Below, in pieces: positions 54,101 through 64,000 of a stretch of 64,000 nucleotides of DNA. The notes beneath the pieces are model-generated. The model saw only the letters and a list, made by a program, of their open reading frames with translations, did not search any database and was not told the origin of the DNA. The position numbers were made by a program, and so were the translations under genes. Within the stretch, counting starts at the first letter, position 1, and each line of letters begins with the position of its first letter. The DNA comes from Octopus vulgaris (lineage: Eukaryota): NCBI GenBank assembly GCA_951406725.2, contig OX597829.1, positions 57,660,001 through 57,724,000 on the forward strand. Reading direction: 5' to 3'.

Positions 54101-56621
54101 GAAAATATAGTTTAGGAGAATTACCATTAGAGTTAATTCCATAATTCACATTACCAGTTCTATAGATGTATTTATAGATATATATGTGTGTATATGTTCA
54201 ATTCAGTTCAGCATAGTTAGTGCATTTAAGTTTTCAACAATTTCAAAATTACTCATGCTATAGAAGAAAATGATACATTTAAATATTTAAATAAATAATA
54301 TAGCTTGGAGGAGGCATGATTGTGTGGTTTGGAAGCTTGTCTCCCAACCATATATTTCAAGGTTTAGTCCCACTGCATGGCACCTATAGCCTCTCAGGCT
54401 GGCTAAAGCTTTTTGAGTGAATTTAGCAGACAGCAACTGAAAGAAACACTTCTTATTTTAGAATAATAATAGTACTATTTTCTTCATTTGCTATTTTAGC
54501 ACTGTTTAAATTCCTTTCATTTTAATTCCAGGTGTTGATCGATTCTATAAGGATATTGAACTCATGATTGGTTACCAGCCGTGTCGATGGTGGAAGATAT
54601 CTTGGTGCTTTATCACACCTGCAGTTATTTTGGTAAATTTACACTTATAAATCATAATCAATTGTAATGTGACATAACCTCAGAAATTATATTTTTAATG
54701 ACAGAACTTCATTCTTGAAATTTCAAAATATCCATCCATTTGACCACCCAGCCATCTTCTCCACTCACTATTCTTGGAAGAGTTGTTTGTGATAGGACTC
54801 CATATGGCCCAAGGTGCCACACAGTGAAACTGAACCCAGAACTATGTAGAATTAATTTAATCGATATGAGGATTTTGATACTAGATATTTTACTGGATTC
54901 AGGTATAAAGAGCAAGTAATACTTTCAAAGTTTCATCTCTGAAAATATGTTTTAAACTATTTTATCAAATAATAAAAGAAGAAGAAGCATTTTGCCTGAC
55001 CAAAGTAGCTTTGCAGTATTTAGTTAAGCCTCTACTTTCTGCAATGATTTGTTGTGCAAATGGAACAAAGTACAAATGTGTGAAGAGAAAAATTGGGCAT
55101 AAGAAGCATCAGATGTGGTGTTCAGGAGGGAAGACTGCACTGGTAGGGGCATGTGATGCAGATGGATAATGGTGCAGTCTCCATCTCTAATCATCTGTTA
55201 CACTCTTTTCATGCTCTAACCCACTCACCCACCTTTTCCTCTCCCTCCATCCTGTTCCCTCTCTCTCTCATATTCACCATGCACCTTGACTTCACGTCTC
55301 TCTCTCACTTTCCAGGTGGGCAAGTCATCCATTCACCTTTTCCAGCCCCTTTGTCACACTTTCTTATCCCATAATACTACACCACACTCAATTGAGGAAT
55401 CTGATTTTGTAGGTACTTTCTGACCTTTTAACATATCATGTAAAAAGCACCCTTTGTACATTCTGTGAATTGGTTGGCATTGAGAAGGGTATCCAGCTGT
55501 AGAAACAGACACTAGAGCTTGGCACAGCCCTCTGGTTTGTCAGTTCATGTTCAACTTTCCAACGTGTGCCAACGTGGAAAAAGGGGATATTAAATGATAA
55601 TGATTTTATATGTGTGTGCATGTATGTATACACACCAATTTTTGTCCCTCTATCATACTTTCAAATCCATCTCTCAGTACTATACCCTACTCAAAGTAAG
55701 GTCTTGTCTTGCAAGTTCTTGGTGACTCCAGTTCCTGTCAACTTTTCCAGCTCATGCTGGCTAGAAAAAATTATGCTAAATAAAGATTATTTGCTGTTAT
55801 TTAAAACCATTTTCTATTATGGTGCTAAGTTTACATTCTAAAAAGCTTTTTCTTTTCTTTTCTTTTTTTTTTTTGTTTAGTTCATTTGGCTTTTCAGTGT
55901 TTCTACATTAGGACCAGTGACATACGGTGATATTCAATATCCACCATGGGCCATAAGATTTGGCTGGATTCTTGGATTAGTTTCTTTGGTTCCAATTCCT
56001 TTGGTGATGATATATTCCATTTACAGAGCTGAAGGAACATTTATGGAAGTACGTAGTTGTTGCCATCTTTTACTGTTCCATTTTTCTTCTCTCTTTCTTT
56101 TACAATCTCTACCTTATTTCATATCTTATCTTCCTAATTTTTTATTCTCTCTCAGGGTTAATATATCTACTTAGAAAGAATTCACATTTGCCTCATAAGC
56201 CAAACAACACACAAAGAAATCTACAGAATGAAGCAAACCTCAACCAAACTAAAAGCTAAAAGAACAGAAAACACAAACACACACACACACCCAAACATAC
56301 ACACACACAAATACACATATCCAAAAACGCACACGCACACACACACACTAAGTGACTATAATATCTTTGATTCAATTGATTGAAATATTTCTGCTCAATT
56401 ACTACAAAATTAATGACTTATATTTCATTATAATATATCAATAATTAATTTATTCTCAGTTTAGGATGTTTCTTTCTAATGTTTCAATGTTATTCAACTT
56501 TTTCTCTCTTTTTTTTCCCCTTTTTTTTAACTTACAGAGAGTAAAATCGCTGATTAAGCCAGCTCCAAACTGGGGCCCAGTCCTACCAGAAAACCGCAAG
56601 CTTTATTTGGCTTCACTCTAA
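8422..56621 (+). CDS. SLC6: SLC6 Na+/Cl- dependent amino-acid transporter (GlyT/PROT/ATB0,+ branch), 13 coding exons, 594 aa
   Basis: Manually spliced exons 8422-8590, 9664-9795, 13273-13561, 15953-16085, 16644-16778, 18142-18245, 20711-20835, 22558-22670, 50586-50717, 51857-51956, 54532-54632, 55881-56048, 56538-56621 total 1785 nt. All introns GT-AG with matching phases. Hallmark motifs: [52 protein letters not shown]. Confidence 0.95.
8760..9350 (+). mobile_element. RTE-like LINE 3' remnant
   Basis: Plus-strand pseudo-translation [55 protein letters not shown] matches the RTE post-RT C-terminal pattern. Confidence 0.65.
9664..9795 (+). CDS. SLC6: SLC6 exon 2 (TM2)
   Basis: ttgcag|[45 protein letters not shown]|gtaagt; absent from ORF track. 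Confidence 0.95.
10982..11167. mobile_element. hAT (Charlie-type) MITE
   Basis: CAGTG...GAACTG termini flanked by perfect 8-bp TSD CTCTAGAG (10974-10981 and 11168-11175). Confidence 0.85.
11460..11710 (+). mobile_element. SINE family with (GAT)n tail
   Basis: aaaagcacccactacactc..ggttggcgttaggaagggcatccagc..gcatggaaaacggacg..(gat)n; related copies near 6380, 32390, 52560, 55440. Confidence 0.75.
12400..12596. repeat. Near-perfect ~78-bp inverted repeat around a (TA)n spacer
   Basis: aaaatgttggtttctatttacctttgtgatg.. versus ..catcacaaaggtaaatagaaaccaacatttt. Confidence 0.9.
12596..13144 (+). mobile_element. Penelope-like pseudo-LTR / retrozyme-like unit with ~60-nt terminal direct repeats (period 475 nt)
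   Basis: ttaatttctgaattactactacttggc.gtttga.tcctgg.tgctctttctagtgggtc at 12596-12655 and 13071-13130; contains a hammerhead motif. Confidence 0.7.
12941..13039 (+). ncRNA. Type I hammerhead ribozyme motif (core variant CCGAUGA)
   Basis: Stem I TCTTTA/TAAAGA; core CCGATGA; stem II GGTGT/ACACC with long extension; GAAA; palindromic stem III ACAATGCATTGT; GUC site at 13031-13033. Confidence 0.8.
13273..13561 (+). CDS. SLC6: SLC6 exon 3 (TM3, EL2)
   Basis: ttcag|[52 protein letters not shown]|gtaagt; several N-x-S/T sequons in EL2. Confidence 0.95.
13926..15170 (-). mobile_element. Near full-length mariner transposon (Hsmar1/cecropia-like), 1245 bp
   Basis: TIRs ttaggttgtcaagaaagttcttgcgg / ccacaagaactttcttgatagcctaa, TA on both sides. 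Confidence 0.95.
14022..15002 (-). pseudogene. Mariner transposase, probably inactive (third catalytic D changed to N, C-terminal frameshift, small deletions)
   Basis: [46 protein letters not shown]; frame diverges after HLDNF. Confidence 0.9.
15604..15824. mobile_element. piggyBac-type MITE
   Basis: TTAA|CCCTTTTGTTAC...GTAACAAAAGGG|TTAA. Confidence 0.85.
15953..16085 (+). CDS. SLC6: SLC6 exon 4 (TM4)
   Basis: ttctag|[44 protein letters not shown]|gtaatt. Confidence 0.95.
16644..16778 (+). CDS. SLC6: SLC6 exon 5 (TM5, EL3)
   Basis: ttgcag|[45 protein letters not shown]|gtaagt. Confidence 0.95.
16830..17310 (+). mobile_element. tRNA-type SINE (ggctgtgtggtaaga..cttcccaaccacatggttc family)
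   Basis: Family head recurs many times (e.g. ~7265, 11770, 13780, 19795, 22935, 33495, 54315, and in reverse at ~5580, 35290, 51070, 51300). Confidence 0.75.
18142..18245 (+). CDS. SLC6: SLC6 exon 6 (TM6)
   Basis: ttcaaag|[35 protein letters not shown]|gtaagt; absent from ORF track. Confidence 0.95.
18440..18610. repeat. Foldback element with a CTGATGA..GAAA motif on each arm
   Basis: gaaagg..ttccagtatt..atcatcagctg..ttttcctttg / caaaaggaaaat..cagctgatgat..aatactggaa..cctttc. Confidence 0.75.
18670..19198. repeat. ~190-bp inverted duplication containing a degenerate hammerhead
   Basis: 18670-18858 is the reverse complement of 19010-19198 with one visible mismatch. Confidence 0.9.
20711..20835 (+). 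CDS. SLC6: SLC6 exon 7 (TM7)
   Basis: tttcag|[42 protein letters not shown]|gtaagc. Confidence 0.95.
22558..22670 (+). CDS. SLC6: SLC6 exon 8 (EL4, TM8)
   Basis: ttacag|[38 protein letters not shown]|gtaaga; absent from ORF track. Confidence 0.95.
25600..26017 (-). mobile_element. Short 5'-truncated R4/Dong-like LINE 3' end between (TAA)n tracts
   Basis: Minus strand [26 protein letters not shown]..; ATT repeats at both ends. Confidence 0.65.
27808..27892 (-). ncRNA. Degenerate type I hammerhead motif (Penelope-type)
   Basis: Minus strand ggct-CTGATGA-long stem II-GAAA-C-AGCT-G-TA; stem I 3' side mutated. Confidence 0.6.
28104..28303. repeat. Foldback/MITE-like element (single-arm copy at ~9425-9600)
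   Basis: ttgcatcttgcaaccttttcaat / attgaaaaggttgcaagatgcaa; ctggggagagtcatttt / aaaatgactctccccag. Confidence 0.85.
28350..29381 (-). mobile_element. CR1-like LINE fragment (RT C-terminus and 3' end), decayed
   Basis: [54 protein letters not shown]. Confidence 0.9.
32570..33050 (-). mobile_element. Decayed Tc1/mariner-superfamily transposase fragment
   Basis: [32 protein letters not shown] matches the FSDEK motif region. Confidence 0.6.
36988..37290. repeat. ~300-bp foldback (long inverted repeat) in a TA context
   Basis: ttaaacaatgtagttgtgtaaggccagaacaatgcaagaaggtacaaattaaactacaaaatgaaa.. is the near-perfect reverse complement of 37197-37284; centre cagaaaagctttctg. Confidence 0.95.
37497..38656 (-). 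mobile_element. Decayed maT/DD37D-like (Tc1/mariner superfamily) transposon
   Basis: TIRs cagagtgccccagatagatttactcat / atgagtaaatctttctgggacacctg|ta; split ORFs with [49 protein letters not shown]. Confidence 0.85.
39004..39227. mobile_element. piggyBac-type MITE (cccttt.gcatt family)
   Basis: TTAA|CCCTTCAGCATT...AATGCTAAAGGG|TTAA; relatives at ~20372, ~34017, ~34306, 42428, ~48107. Confidence 0.85.
39625..39900. repeat. Higher-order (CA)n repeat with recurring GCACAAA unit
   Basis: Directly visible. Confidence 0.9.
41758..41997. repeat. Foldback element with a degenerate hammerhead on each arm
   Basis: taagcagaaaaca/tgttttctgctta; aatactttatagaacata/tatgttctataaagtatt; cttcacctcatcagtg/cactaatgaggtgaag. 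Confidence 0.85.
42428..42650. mobile_element. piggyBac-type MITE
   Basis: TTAA|CCCTTTAGCATT...AATGCTAAAGGG|TTAA. Confidence 0.88.
49466..49929. mobile_element. 464-bp non-coding insertion splitting an (ATT)n microsatellite
   Basis: GC-richer block with sharp ends and (ATT)n on both sides; no long ORF. Confidence 0.7.
50586..50717 (+). CDS. SLC6: SLC6 exon 9 (TM8 end, TM9)
   Basis: tatcag|[44 protein letters not shown]|gttggc. Confidence 0.93.
51857..51956 (+). CDS. SLC6: SLC6 exon 10 (TM10)
   Basis: tttcag|[34 protein letters not shown]|gtatat. Confidence 0.95.
52980..53390 (-). mobile_element. Penelope-like element 3' remnant (GIY-YIG tail plus pLTR)
   Basis: Minus strand ..[17 protein letters not shown].. 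resembles the R..RES..I..L tail of GIY-YIG endonucleases, followed by a hammerhead motif. Confidence 0.6.
53052..53101 (-). ncRNA. Minimal type I hammerhead ribozyme motif with intact core
   Basis: Minus strand TCT-CTGATGA-AGGGATATAATTAATAAATAGCCTG-GAAA-C-AGCT-G-TA-AGA. Confidence 0.75.
54532..54632 (+). CDS. SLC6: SLC6 exon 11 (TM11)
   Basis: ttccag|[34 protein letters not shown]|gtaaat; absent from ORF track. Confidence 0.95.
55881..56048 (+). CDS. SLC6: SLC6 exon 12 (TM12)
   Basis: gtttag|[56 protein letters not shown]|gtacgt. Confidence 0.95.
56538..56621 (+). CDS. SLC6: SLC6 terminal coding exon 13
   Basis: ttacag|[27 protein letters not shown]; the P..WGP motif is typical of SLC6 amino-acid transporter C-termini; AATAAA at 56701 and ~56856. 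Confidence 0.92.
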   Translation, partial: RVKSLIKPAPNWGPVLPENRKLYLASL

Positions 56622-57039
56622 ATTTTAAAATGAAAAGTATGTATACAACAAAATGGAGAGGAAAAAAAAACATAAAGCATAAAAATGTTTCTAAATGAGG
56701 AATAAAAGGAAGAAAAAAGAAACGAAAAAGAACAGAACACACAATTGGAATCTCAATTTGATTGAACCATGAGATCTGTTAAAATGGAAGAAGTCAGAGC
56801 GACTCCTAATCCAAATTGAGAAAAGATACAAAGAAATCTATAAATAGAACAAGAGAATAAATGAAGTAAATAACTGAAATTACCTAAATATAGATATGAT
56901 GTATATTATTAGTCTTGGAGTAGAGAAACAGCTGTCTGGTTTTCAATTTTGATTATTGTCACCAATTATCGGGCAGAATAAATAATAGACATTAAATTTA
57001 CTGCTGAAATTTTCACCACACTTTATTTTGTTAACAGGA

Positions 57040-57095
<56 letters not shown>

Positions 57096-57330
57096 GCACA
57101 TACACACACACACATATAAGTATATATATATATACATATATACATATATATACATACGTATATATTTATGTATAAATGTATATATACATGTATGTATATA
57201 TGTGTGTGTGTGTATCGATATAAACATATGAAAAAATTCTCAAATGGTATTAAATATATAAACAAATGTATACATACGTATATCTACATACATATACACA
57301 CACATATATATACATGCATAAGCACAAATA

Positions 57331-57381
<51 letters not shown>

Positions 57382-57731
57382 CACACACATAACATATGTA
57401 GGCATGTGTGTAAAGATAAATATACACACACAAAGCTATGTGTGCTTATATATATATATGTATATACTTGTGTGTTAGGGGTGTGGATATATGCATATAA
57501 TATATATATATATATGTGTGTGTGTGTATAATATATATGTGTGTGTGTGTGTGTGTATAGACATATAAACATTTTTTTAATTAACAACAATATACCTCTC
57601 CTGAAAAAGAAGGTATGTTTCACTATGCAGTGAAATAAATGCATAGAAAATGTCCAGTAACTAAGACAGTCAGAAATACTATATTTCTGGGCATTTTTGA
57701 TTCTGTTTTTTTATTATAATTATCATTATTA

Positions 57732-57787
<56 letters not shown>

Positions 57788-58031
57788 ATTATTATTATTA
57801 TCATCATTATTATTATTGTGTAATTCTTTTTGGGGCTTCTACGTATTCAACAAATTATTTACATTCATCATTAGCATCCTTTTCATTCTTATTCTTCTTA
57901 TTTTAGTACCAGCCATTTACTGGGGATTGAATCTTGATCTAATCAACTTTTTATTAATCCCCACTAATCCTTGGCCTCATGCTAATATTAGAAAAAAATG
58001 TTATCATCATCATCATCATCACATTATTATG

Positions 58032-58091
<60 letters not shown>

Positions 58092-58540
58092 ATTAATATT
58101 GTTGTTCTAAGCACTGTGATGTGTGATGTGTTAATTCATTCCCCACCTTCCCTTGATAAATCAGATTAAGAATCCAGTTTGATTCCCATTTCATTTACAT
58201 CATTAGTTGTCTTTGGAGAAGAATGAGCCTAACAACCTCTTCTTGCAATTCTTAAGGCTGTATGCTTGTTTAATTAAAAAAACGGAATTTCATTTATACA
58301 CGTGTTTGTGCACATGTATATTATATTTGAGCGAATGGTTTATATATGTGTGCATACATGCATATGTACATACACATACACACACACATATATGTATATA
58401 TATATATATTTACACATACACACATATATACATATACATATATGTGTGTTTATATATATAATATATATATATATGGAGGAATACACACACATATATACAT
58501 ATATATGTATATTTATATATACATATATATGTATATATAC

Positions 58541-58588
<48 letters not shown>

Positions 58589-58711
58589 TTTTATACAGAT
58601 AAATCTATTTGCTTTATGCTTAACAATACAAACATGGTAAACAAAGATATTTTTGACTGATTATTTTTTGTTTTAAAAATTCTTTATATTTTTTAATATT
58701 TCTTACTGTCC

Positions 58712-58905
<194 letters not shown>

Positions 58906-60160
58906 CATATATTTATATATAAGCATATATTTATATATATGCATATATATATATAATATATATATATATGCATATATATATACGTATGTGTGAGTGTGTG
59001 CCTGTATGGATATGTATGTGTGTGTATAAATATACGTATATAAATACACACACATGCATATATATATAGAGACATAATCATATGTACATTATATATGCAT
59101 TATGTATATGTATATATATATACACGTGTACATATATATGTATATTACATACATATATAATGTGCATGTAATGTCTATATATGCATTTGTGTATATAAGT
59201 ATACTTGCATATCCAAACACACACATATATAAATTTACACACATGCGCACACTCATAATGTACACACACATATACATGCATAGTCTTAGAAGTATATAAT
59301 ATCAGGTGCCTAAAAATCCTTTGCCTTGTCTATGCAACTTGCAGCTAACGAAAATTACTGATTTTGTAAAATAATTTGTTTAATTTTGATTATTTAATCT
59401 CATTATGTAACACACACACACACATACACACACACACACTCACATATTGATATATATATATAGATAAATGAAAGAATGGAGTCGAACGACGATTTAACAA
59501 AATTCCTTTATTCTCGACATATGTTTCGAAGACTATATATATATATATATATATATATAACTGAGATATGTAATAAGAATATTTGTAGGGTTCATAAAAT
59601 TTTTATATGCAAAAAATTATAAAATATTTGCAAATGCTATATATTATTATTATTATTATTATTATTATTAAACTAATGTATATTTTGTGTTAACAGCAAA
59701 AAGCAAGAAAGCATGTATGTATATATTGATCTTATAAATATACAAACCCCAAAAAATACATATGGAGCTTAGAATATTAGTATTGTTATTCTTCTTCTTA
59801 TTATTATTATTGATTTTTATGAATGGCAGTGCACTGTGGTAGAATTGTCATATCAGCAGACAAAATATATTGTGGTATTTTTTCTGTTCCTTACATTTTC
59901 ATTTTGAATCCCAGCATGGACAACTCTGCCTTTTATCCTTCTGGGATTGACAAAATAAATTACTTATCAATTACTGAGTCAATGCTATCAACTAATTCCC
60001 TTCCCCTAAATTTGGTGCCTAAATTAGAAACAATTCTTATTATTATTACAAAAGTTTGAAATCAAAATTTAAGCATACATACATATATGTATATGTGTGT
60101 GTGTGTACATATATACATATATATGGATGAAATCTAGTTACATACACACACACACACACA

Positions 60161-60248
<88 letters not shown>

Positions 60249-60693
60249 AGTATGTATACAAATGCATAATATTGAATAAATATTTGGCAATTTAATGGGG
60301 AAAATAAATTTACCCGGTGTAACTTTTACATAAATATATTTTTTGTTGTACTCTGTTGAATTTCTTTTATATTATAATAAGTATTTTGGACTATTCATCT
60401 TCAAGTATATATTTAGAATAGTTTTGCATATATCTATAAGAAGTATAAGGAAAGGGAAAAAATTATTGTTGTAGACGATCTTTAATTCATTATCCAGGTT
60501 GGTGCAGATCCAATATAAATTCTACAAATTATTTTGGAGTCTAATTAATTCCAAAGACAAAAACGAAAAACTCTTCTTGAAACGAAAATTAGATTCTTTG
60601 TCAGGAATTACATACTAGTATAAATTAATTACGACCAACAAAAATATAAAAAGACCTTTTATAGCCCTGATGGGAACGAACAAATAATAACGT

Positions 60694-60728
<35 letters not shown>

Positions 60729-63700
60729 TTAATGTAGTAACTCGGTAACTAGATTCCATATAGACATTTGTAATACCTATCGCCAAGGCAATGGACAATT
60801 GGACTGGATATTCTTTAGTGTCTAACTACTGTATTAGAGTAAGTTTTATTTATTTATTTTCATTTTTTTTTTTTGTATCTATAGGATTGATAGAAATTTA
60901 TTTGGAATGATTCAATTGGTAATCAGTTAACTAATGCTATTTGAGTCCACTTACACATATTATTATTGTTGTTATTATTATTATTATCATTGCTATTATC
61001 TAGACAGCCATCATAGCAGAGAGGTAAGTGTAGGTTCAGTTCCTCGTTGTGTTATATTTCCCCTTTTGCTTAACCAATATTGCTTATATATTCCTGGGAT
61101 AGGTATGAATGTCAAAATATTCTTACTTGTCCAAAAATTTAAGGCATATCATCATCACAGTTATGACAGTAACATGTAGCAAGGTTTCTCGGTGCCCTGG
61201 GGGAGGGGAGGATAAAGATAGTTTTGATGTGTAACCCCGCTTAAGGAACAACAAGCACCATATTATACTCTGCGGGTAAAATTTCAAGTACATCTTCACA
61301 ATTGTGTGCTTGGGTTGAACTGCTCTCATTTGCTACACCTCTGAATTATTAATTATTGCTATTATTAATATTTTGATGAAAATGGTGGAGGAAGATGTCA
61401 TGTAGCAAGACATGATTTTCTTACACCCCCTCCCCCTCTGTTTCAATTCCCGGTTAAAATTCAATTTATTTCCTTTATGCTGCAACTGCCCTTAATTACA
61501 AAGACAGCCACGATCCTCATGAGTTTCATATTTATCATTTGCAATCCCATTTTTCTTTATCAAATCATGACCTTATGCATATAATAAAAACTATTGTTGT
61601 TGTTGTTGTTGTCTAAAATGGATTTGGCACAAGTGATAAGCAAGTTACACTTGATCGCATTTCACATGGCATCTAGTTTCACTTGCTGTTTTGTTTTCGC
61701 TTTGTTTGAATTAATGTTATAAAAGGATGTTGCTATTCATGCATCAGTTTTTTTTTTTTGGTTTTTTTTTTTCACAAAAAAGGAAAAAAAAGAGATCATC
61801 AGTAATATGCTATGGACCTGATTCAAAGAATTCAGCCACCACTCCCACAACCTCTTCCCTTTAACGTGTTTCATGATTGGGCTTTGTTGTTCCATCATAG
61901 ACACTTGCCAACTTGCATATTCTTTTATCTCTGTTGCTTTCCATGTTTGTTTCACACAGAACAGAAATACTTCTTTAATTTGCAATAGACTCAACTAGAT
62001 TCCACTTTGGCAACAAGAATCTAGTATTTTTTATTATCATTTTCTTTTAATTTTTTTTTATATAAAATCTTGTTATATAACTAAATATGTGTCTGTGTAT
62101 GTTTGTATGTATATTTTTACTACACAAATATACACACACACACACATATATATATACATACATATATATATCTATATGCATACATATATATATATGTGTG
62201 TGTGTGTATGTGTGTATAAACATGCATTTATACATATGCACACATATCTATGTACATAATGTGTGTGTATATAATTCCCATTGTAATACTATACCACCAT
62301 TATGACTAATGAATAAGACTATTCATATGTAAACTACTAATATACTTATATAATTATATATAAAAATTTTTTTTTGCTATATTAATGTTTATTGGTATGT
62401 ATGAATATATAAAATGCATACGAACCAGGGTACATAAATGTATTTAATCAGTATGAATATATACTTATATAGGCCTGAAACATGTAAATATGTATATATT
62501 GCTTAATGTATCAATATAAATCAATATAAGAAAAGAGTTACTGTGTGTTTGTGCACATGTGTGTGTGTGTAGGTGTGTGTATATAGGTTATATAATCTCA
62601 GGATTGTGCTGTAAAGAACTTGAAAGAGATGGTGAAAGTAAAATAGACAAAAAAGAAGCTTTGTTCTTCACTTTCTCTTCCTCTTTATTCCTACTTGTTC
62701 ATGTATAAATCCACATGTATTTGATTGTTAGTATTAGCTTATCATATATTGTATGGTGATAATAATGAAATAGAACATTGTTTTTCTAAGAAGCAGAAAA
62801 TAGAGAAATTTAGCCAAGTGCTAGGAGCATTATGCTGCTTGACACGTAGAGAAACCATTTGAAGAATTGTAGATTTCAAAGACAACATGATGTTCTTTAA
62901 GAATTGTGTATTATAGAAGCACCATTATGATCAAGTAAAGTGGGTGTGTATGTGCATATGTGTAGGTATATATATATATACTTATATTTATGTGTGTGTT
63001 TGTGTGTATTTAAGTACATGCATGTATGTACACATTTTTTCACAGTCAAATGGTGAAGAAGTTTGCTCCATGATATTGAGGTTCCAAGTTTGATCCTACT
63101 GTGTTGCATCTTGGACATGTCTTTTCTTGTACCCTTGTGTTGACTTAAGCCTTGTTGGTTAGATGTGGGTAGACAAGATCTGAGAAAATTGTTGGAATGA
63201 CTGTACCTGTAAGTCTGAGTGGTTACAAAGATTTTCTTGAAGGCCATAAAGTCCAAGATTCCATTCCACTGCATGGCATCTAGAACATGTGTGTTTTATC
63301 ATAAAATTTGGAATTTTCCAAGCCATGTAAGTGAATGGTATGGAAACTGATTGGAATGTCAGTACTTCTAATTCAAAACTTCACTTTTGTCACAGTATGC
63401 CATGATCACGTGAGAATTTAGTTAAGAGTATATTCATATCTACAAAGTTTTCAGTCACATTTACATGTTAATACAAGGAGTTGGTAGTTTGGTTAATCTA
63501 ACGACTGGAATACTTATAACCTAAACAGACGGAAGATCAAAGATTTATTCGGAATAAGCATATTTACGATTAAGTCCATTGATCTTTGAAGAGATCAATA
63601 TTGTTAAGATAATCCGTCCAATGTCCAAAAATGTTTTGTTACAGTAGAAAGACTTGTGAATTTGTTATTGGAATTCTGACAGTGCAGTCAAGCTCTGGCT

Positions 63701-64000
63701 GTTATTCATGTTTTTTCTAACTCGTTCACCTTTTTCATTTTCTAAGTTAGTGATTTTAAATGTTCTTCAGTCGACAGCAAACAGAATAGAGTGCTAAATC
63801 ATTACAAAATGCCAAATGCTTTGTTTTTCCAGTTTTATAATACAAAAATAGAAAAAAATAATTATAGTGAATTTTATTGTAAAGAAATGCCACCTGTATC
63901 AGTGCTGTGCATTAAAAAGCATTCAAGTTTTCTAAACAGCAACATTTTACAGACTAGCCCCTAAAACATGTGGCACATCTATGAACCATAAACTGCATTT

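Noticed and set aside
56925-56940. GAAACAGCTGTC in the putative 3' UTR
   Set aside because: No upstream CTGANGA or stem I partner found; may be chance or a tiny relic.

Overview
AT-rich, microsatellite-dense eukaryotic DNA. The SINE, MITE and LINE repertoire is of the kind typical of an octopus (coleoid cephalopod) genome; this assignment is an inference from repeat style. The window holds one complete plus-strand SLC6 (Na+/Cl- neurotransmitter:sodium symporter, amino-acid branch) gene. It has 13 coding exons from ATG 8422 to TAA 56621, all introns GT-AG and phase-consistent, giving 594 aa, and includes a ~27.9-kb intron 8. Introns and flanks carry a near-full-length Hsmar1-like mariner, a decayed maT-like element, R4/Dong, CR1-like, RTE-like and Penelope fragments, piggyBac- and hAT-type MITEs and many tRNA-type SINEs. 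The least expected signal is a dispersed set of about a dozen Penelope/retrozyme-type type I hammerhead ribozyme motifs. They range from near-intact (12941-13039, + strand; 53052-53101, - strand) to degenerate, and several sit head-to-head inside 170-300 bp foldback elements. Almost all ORFs in the supplied track are microsatellite artefacts.
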